Assembly (NCBI GenBank): GCA_018001635.1
Contig: JAGNHS010000006.1
Location: forward strand, 2,905-66,904
Direction of reading: 5' to 3'
DNA from: Pseudomonadota bacterium
GTDB taxonomy: Bacteria > Bdellovibrionota > UBA2428
DNA: 64,000 nucleotides
This document shows positions 59,264-64,000 of the stretch, piece by piece. Both the position numbers and the translations under genes were made by a program. The notes beneath the pieces were generated by a model. That model was given only the letters and a program-made list of their open reading frames with translations, searched no databases and was not told the DNA's origin. Position 1 is the first letter of the stretch. Every line of letters begins with the position of its first letter.

Positions 59264-60385
59264 ATGATAAAAAAAATAGTCAGAAAAAAAAATGCATTTA
59301 CAATAGTACAAGTTATGGTCGCCCTTGCTCTGGCGGGTCTGTTGATGCTCAGTGTTTCTCAAATTGTTAGTTATATAAATAATGCGAGCGTTCAATCGAA
59401 GTCTACAGCGACACTTAATTTTCTTAAAAGCCAAGCTATTTCTATTCAAAAAGATCTTCCTTCATGGTTAGAAAAACTTCGGCTATCAAATTCATTATTA
59501 GCAAATTGCATTCCTTCTGGAAGTGTCACTCTTTTTTCTTGCCCGCCAGGAGGTGTTAATGACCCTCAAATCACGGCATTGTTTTCAGGACAAATTATTA
59601 CAAGTGTTGCATTAGTCGACTTTTTTCAAAAACCCTTAACAGGTACTGAGACTAGTCCACTTTATTTGGATATTTCTGGATCTCCTTGTATGACTACATC
59701 TTGTCAAAAGTTCTCACTTGTTGGATATATGGCTCGCGAAAATACATCTGGTAATCCAGGATCTATTGAATTTGCCTATAAAATCGTAACTTTTAAAACT
59801 CAGGTGAATGAAGTGCCAACAAAAGAAGTTATTGTAAGAATCCCTGTAGGAAAAAACTGGACAGACATGTCGGGACAATGTCCTCCAGCTGGATTCCCAA
59901 AACGAACATTAATGACTGGTATAGATTCTAATAGAATTCCAATTTGTATCGAGCCACCTCCTATTCCTCTGAGTTGTCCTCCTAACCATATATTGGCTCC
60001 CAATGGAAGTGGTGGCTTAATGTGTGCACTAATTCCACTTCCTAAAATAGTATGTACTGTGAGATCTTCTGATTTGTCGGGATTAGGATTTCCGGGCGCT
60101 ACTTGCCAAGCGGGTGAAGTATTAACAGGAGGAGGTTTTAAAGCTCACAATCCTAATGTTGCCTCGGAAACTTTTAGTAATTGTATAAAGACTTATAAAA
60201 CTCCTACAGCAGTAACTTCTGAAACAATTGGTTGGCCACATTCGATGGAGCCCATTGGTAATCAAATATGGGTAAATTTTTGGAGAGGACAGGTTGAACC
60301 AAAGGCTGATGGTGTTGGAAATACTGTTCACGAATATGATACTTGTGGAATTTCTTATGCCATTTGTTGTAAAATCTCACATTAA
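59264..60385 (+). CDS. Pilin-like protein (prepilin-type N-terminus variant), Cys-rich
   Basis: KKNA|FTIVQVMVALALAGLLML is pilin-like, but with Ala at -1 and Gln at +5. At least 18 Cys residues. Confidence 0.5.
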   Translation: MIKKIVRKKNAFTIVQVMVALALAGLLMLSVSQIVSYINNASVQSKSTATLNFLKSQAISIQKDLPSWLEKLRLSNSLLANCIPSGSVTLFSCPPGGVNDPQITALFSGQIITSVALVDFFQKPLTGTETSPLYLDISGSPCMTTSCQKFSLVGYMARENTSGNPGSIEFAYKIVTFKTQVNEVPTKEVIVRIPVGKNWTDMSGQCPPAGFPKRTLMTGIDSNRIPICIEPPPIPLSCPPNHILAPNGSGGLMCALIPLPKIVCTVRSSDLSGLGFPGATCQAGEVLTGGGFKAHNPNVASETFSNCIKTYKTPTAVTSETIGWPHSMEPIGNQIWVNFWRGQVEPKADGVGNTVHEYDTCGISYAICCKISH

Positions 60386-60470
60386 ATATAATTGATTTTA
60401 GTCAATTCTGATTTTCATTTGGATGTATTTAGAATAGCTATTTTTGTTTTGTGTCAAATACAGAGAAAGG

Positions 60471-61766
60471 CTAATTAATTTTGTTAGTCTCTTCTACATA
60501 GGAGAGAATGCTCTTTTTAATTTCATTCACATCATCGCTGTCGACAACGTTGTCTAGGGGGTTGCCGGCAATTTCTTTAGTATTAATGTTGCTTTCCTTT
60601 ATGTAAATTTCCCAAATGCTTTGATTTTCAGCGCGGTCTCTATCGATGGACTTTCCTAGTTGATTGATTTTCAGTAAACCAAGTGAGCCTGTGTGATAGA
60701 AAAAGGCATTGTCTTTTTCGTTTTGTGTTTCGTTTGTAAGATCGCCAAGATTTTTAATTCCCATAGATAATATGGTTTTATGTTTTACAAAATCGGCCGC
60801 ACCTTCAGCGTATTCAAGGTGCCGTAGCATCTTATAAGTTTCGGGATATTTTGATTTAAGCTCTTTGAGGCACCACTCAATTTTGCTGAGAGACATTTTT
60901 TCTTCTTCGGGATTGGGTTGCGGGATGGATGTGATTTTAAAAACTTCTTTTTTATAAAGTTGGAGTAACTTGAAAACCTCAGGTTTGTTGTTCACTTCTT
61001 TTAATGTGTCTTCATCGGAATAATTTTCAGTAGTTTTACCAAAAGGTGGATTTTCTTCTCTGTTTCTGTCGCCTTCTATTACATGAAAGCTTTCATGGAT
61101 AAATGTTTCAAAAAAAATATTTCCTGATCCCTTTGGAAATTGTTTTTGATAGAAACTTTCGTTGGGAAAAAGTTTGCGTATAGGAGTTTCGTCTGGGGAG
61201 TAAATCGGCATTGTCTCAGCGCCAAGAGCTACGCGTAGAGGATGTTTTTTGTCGAAGTAATTTTCGTTAAAGGGGAGTGGAACAGGGAATCTCGCCCCTT
61301 GAAGATAAGTGAAGCCTAGAATCTCTCCCGTTCCTTGTTGCGAATCAATGTTTTGAGTGTTGATATTTTTTAATTCGTAGACTTTTCGGCCCATTCTTTG
61401 AGAGAGTTCTGGATTTTCCTTCATTCCAGCAACGGGTTCTTTATCCCAATTGAAAATATAAAGTGTAGCTATACCTTTTTCAGCTTTTCCAACTAAGCCA
61501 ATGGGACTTTTGCTGAGATTAAATTCTTTAAGGGTAGGGCCCATGTAGGCTTCGAGCGGGTGTTCTTGGTGTTCTTTAAGAAGATTTAGAAAATCTTCGA
61601 CTTTTTGATTTTCGTCTTTATTTAAATTCGGAATGATAGATTTATTGTCTGAAGTTTCTTGGCGGGGAGTGCTTTCATTTACATTTTTTGAGCTTTTGTT
61701 TGCGGTGTGTTCAGCCCAAGCGCTTATGTTAAGGATCAGTGAAACAAGTATGGCAAATAGACACAT
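60471..61766 (-). CDS. Secreted protein with an HEXXH motif (putative Zn-metallopeptidase)
   Basis: Signal peptide. FIHESFHVIEG contains HEXXH. No further family assignment. Confidence 0.4.
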   Translation of the reverse strand: MCLFAILVSLILNISAWAEHTANKSSKNVNESTPRQETSDNKSIIPNLNKDENQKVEDFLNLLKEHQEHPLEAYMGPTLKEFNLSKSPIGLVGKAEKGIATLYIFNWDKEPVAGMKENPELSQRMGRKVYELKNINTQNIDSQQGTGEILGFTYLQGARFPVPLPFNENYFDKKHPLRVALGAETMPIYSPDETPIRKLFPNESFYQKQFPKGSGNIFFETFIHESFHVIEGDRNREENPPFGKTTENYSDEDTLKEVNNKPEVFKLLQLYKKEVFKITSIPQPNPEEEKMSLSKIEWCLKELKSKYPETYKMLRHLEYAEGAADFVKHKTILSMGIKNLGDLTNETQNEKDNAFFYHTGSLGLLKINQLGKSIDRDRAENQSIWEIYIKESNINTKEIAGNPLDNVVDSDDVNEIKKSILSYVEETNKIN

Positions 61767-61898
61767 TATTAATGCCTATCGGTAGCCATACTTGCTGTCT
61801 CAATGGCGGAATTAAATTAAATTTATTAGAGGAAAATCCGCGTTAATGTCTTGAGCTTAATAGGAATAATTAATTAATCTTAACTAAGTATTTTTACG

Positions 61899-62040
61899 GA
61901 TTCTACTGTGCGACGTAAAGAGTGGGGCATGTGTGGGACCTGATCAATTGAGAGGGAGAGTCGTGGCGAGGGCTCGAAGGAGATCTGCATTTTTCCTAAG
62001 CATTTTGCTTCAAACACTCTTAACGTCGCACAGTAGATTC
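61899..62040. repeat. 26-bp inverted repeat (2 mismatches) separated by 90 nt, lying 130 nt upstream of the RcnA-like transporter gene
   Basis: GATTCTACTGTGCGACGTAAAGAGTG (61899..61924) against CACTCTTAACGTCGCACAGTAGATTC (62015..62040). Confidence 0.7.
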
Positions 62041-62169
62041 TGTGCGATCTTGATGGATTGGGGTTGAATTATCATGTGATTACATGTGTTTACCGTGAGT
62101 TCATAATCTAATTGTTATCTTGGGTTGAGCGACTTTAGATTGAGACTCTATCTTTAGTCTGCTAAGGCT

Positions 62170-62907
62170 TTGTCCATGTTTGAGAGTCTTTTTGCCTATT
62201 TATCCTCGGCATTTTTATTGGGAGTCTCTCATAGTCTTCAGCCCGGACATGGTAAAACCACAGCCCTAACTTTCGGAACCGATCTCAAGCGCAATTGGGT
62301 TGATCTCGTGATTTTGTCTTTTTCAGCGGCGGCCTTTCAGTTGGCGCTGCTTTTATTTTTAGGTTTGGTTCTTCAGTGGAGCCTTTTTTCATTCTTTAAA
62401 ACAGAGACTAAAACGATTTTTGCTTTAGGTGCTGCTGGGCTTATGGCTTTATGGGGAATTGTTGAAACCATTAGGGCCTCTTTGCAGTATCATTTTAGAA
62501 ATCGTCATCCCGTGAGTCCTTCTGAGTGTTCGTTGATGAAAAAACCATGGCTTCATAAAATTCTAGAACGATCTGTGATTTCTCGTTCTCGATATTTCTC
62601 AAGTTTTTTGGTGGGACTCAGCATTGGACTTATTCCTTGCCCTGTAGCCTTTAGTGGTTTGATGACCAGTCTTTTGAGTAAAGGAATGTTTGCGGCGCTT
62701 ATTTATTCTTCTATGTTTTGTTTGGGAATCGGTTCTGTTTTGCTTTTTTGCGCGAGCTCATTGCGTTGGCCTTTGCCTTTTACAAAAAAGCTTTATGTAT
62801 CTCTTTTGCACTTTGACGATAGGCATCCTTATGCGTTGTCTTTTATGCGTGGAATTGTCCTACTTTTTACGGCACTTTCACTCTTTTTAAATCTCTCTCC
62901 TGCTTGA
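62170..62907 (+). CDS. NicO/RcnA-family nickel/cobalt transporter-like membrane protein
   Basis: HSLQPGHGKT motif in TM1, characteristic of PF03824. About six TM helices. Confidence 0.5.
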   Translation: MSMFESLFAYLSSAFLLGVSHSLQPGHGKTTALTFGTDLKRNWVDLVILSFSAAAFQLALLLFLGLVLQWSLFSFFKTETKTIFALGAAGLMALWGIVETIRASLQYHFRNRHPVSPSECSLMKKPWLHKILERSVISRSRYFSSFLVGLSIGLIPCPVAFSGLMTSLLSKGMFAALIYSSMFCLGIGSVLLFCASSLRWPLPFTKKLYVSLLHFDDRHPYALSFMRGIVLLFTALSLFLNLSPA

Positions 62908-63019
62908 GGAGCGCTACGCCCCGCAGCACTCGGGCTTAGAAAATTCACTCTGAAAAAAGTGTGGTAGAGGATAGTAGTCGTGCATGCTATCTTCGCTGCA
63001 GGGAAAGACACCTCTGAAA

Positions 63020-64000
63020 ATGAGCGAAAAACAAAAAATGACATTTAGTCCCTTGGATGGTCGCTATCGAAACGATTTGCCTTGGGAACTTTCAGAAGAG
63101 GCCTCATTATTTTTTCAACTAGAAGTTGAAAAAGCCTGGTTTAAAATACTTATTGAAAAAGGTTTAACTCCAAAAATTTCAGACTCAGATTTAAATAAAG
63201 TTTTCTCAGCCGTGACCCAAGAGAAAATAGATGAAATTGAAAAGACCACTCGGCATGCAACTCGAGCCTTGGTTGAGGCCATCGCAAATGAATTTAAAGC
63301 CCTTGGACAAGTCGATGCGGCTCGTTGGGTTCACGTAGGTCTTACCAGTTTTGATACGGTCGATACTGCGCAAAGATTGCGTTTACGGGCTTATATGGAA
63401 AAAGCCTTTCATCCCGCCTTGGATTCGTTGAAAAAAACTCTTCGCGATTTAGCTCGAAAAAACAAAGACACACTTCAGTGTGGCCGAACTCACGGACAGT
63501 GGGCCGTGCCAACCTTGTTTGGACTAGTCTTCGCAAAGGCTCACGAGCGAATTAGTCAGATTGAGGAGAATCTTAAAAAAGCTACTGAAAGCCTTACGGG
63601 TAAATCCTCTGGTGCCATTGGTGGCTATCATGCTTCGGGACTTCTTTTTGAAAATCCAATTGAAATTGAATCAGAGTTTTTAAAAAAATTGAGCTTAAAG
63701 CGACATTTGTCTTCAACTCAAATTTTACCACCGGAAGATCTTTTGAGTGTGGCTCAGCTTACTTATCAAATTGGATCGGTCGTGGCTAAACTAGCAGAAG
63801 ACCTGCGCCATCTTTCACGTTCAGAAATTGCGGAAGTTGCTGAGGGTTTAGCGCCGGGACAAGTGGGCTCTTCCACTATGCCGCAAAAAAGAAATCCCTG
63901 GAATTTTGAACATGTTTGTTCGCTTTATAAAATTTTACTGACAAAGCTTCAGCTTTTAGAGCTAGACACCATTAGTGAGCATCAAAGAGATTTAACAAAT
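63020..64000 (+). CDS. purB: Adenylosuccinate lyase (E. coli-type PurB), truncated at the window end
   Basis: SPLDGRY near the N-terminus. Fumarate-lyase signature GSSTMPQKRNP. Ends RDLTN, with the ORF still open. Confidence 0.8.
   Translation, partial: MSEKQKMTFSPLDGRYRNDLPWELSEEASLFFQLEVEKAWFKILIEKGLTPKISDSDLNKVFSAVTQEKIDEIEKTTRHATRALVEAIANEFKALGQVDAARWVHVGLTSFDTVDTAQRLRLRAYMEKAFHPALDSLKKTLRDLARKNKDTLQCGRTHGQWAVPTLFGLVFAKAHERISQIEENLKKATESLTGKSSGAIGGYHASGLLFENPIEIESEFLKKLSLKRHLSSTQILPPEDLLSVAQLTYQIGSVVAKLAEDLRHLSRSEIAEVAEGLAPGQVGSSTMPQKRNPWNFEHVCSLYKILLTKLQLLELDTISEHQRDLTN

Noticed and set aside
1-64000. CRISPR array or regularly spaced direct repeats
   Set aside because: No repeat-spacer periodicity was seen anywhere. 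The repeats found are inverted repeats and palindromes, not direct arrays.

Overview
This 64 kb window looks like chromosomal DNA from a low-GC Gram-negative bacterium. Gene content suggests a Bdellovibrio-like predatory bacterium (sigma-54 activator, type IV pilins, many signal-peptide proteins, secreted hydrolases), but that is an inference only. Coding density is high and about 50 CDS can be supported. Recognisable housekeeping genes are guaB, guaA and purN with overlapping start/stop codons, a partial purB at the window end, epmA, an RsmB-family rRNA methyltransferase, bcp, bioY, a TonB-family protein and tRNA-Leu(CAA). There is an orphan complex-I-like module: a NuoB-NuoD fusion next to a truncated NuoG-like subunit, with no other nuo genes nearby. 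One sigma-54 enhancer-binding protein is present. Secreted enzymes include a beta-lactamase-family/putative glycoside-hydrolase fusion, an M28 aminopeptidase, an S1/P1 nuclease, a PGRP-type amidase and a putative HEXXH metallopeptidase. There is an isolated IS200/RAYT-like HUH transposase gene. The most unusual locus is a three-gene minus-strand operon at 39760..52463, in which all three products carry signal-peptide-like N-termini. The first gene is a divergent PrkA-like AAA+ serine protein kinase homolog (866 aa). The second is a giant 2292-aa protein with a Clp/Hsp100-like AAA+ domain and a long poly-acidic region. The third is a single 1069-aa polypeptide with SpoVR/YcgB homology at its N-terminus and YeaH/YhbH (DUF444, vWA-like) homology at its C-terminus. 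This appears to be an exported, rearranged version of the normally cytoplasmic PrkA-YeaH-SpoVR stress module. Other noteworthy loci are a ZrgA-like putative metal-uptake cluster (DUF3299, His-rich protein, ABC ATPase, FtsX-like permease), a type IV pilin/minor-pilin cluster behind a large secreted protein, and several long intergenic palindromes, two of which share a CTAYTGTGCG core.
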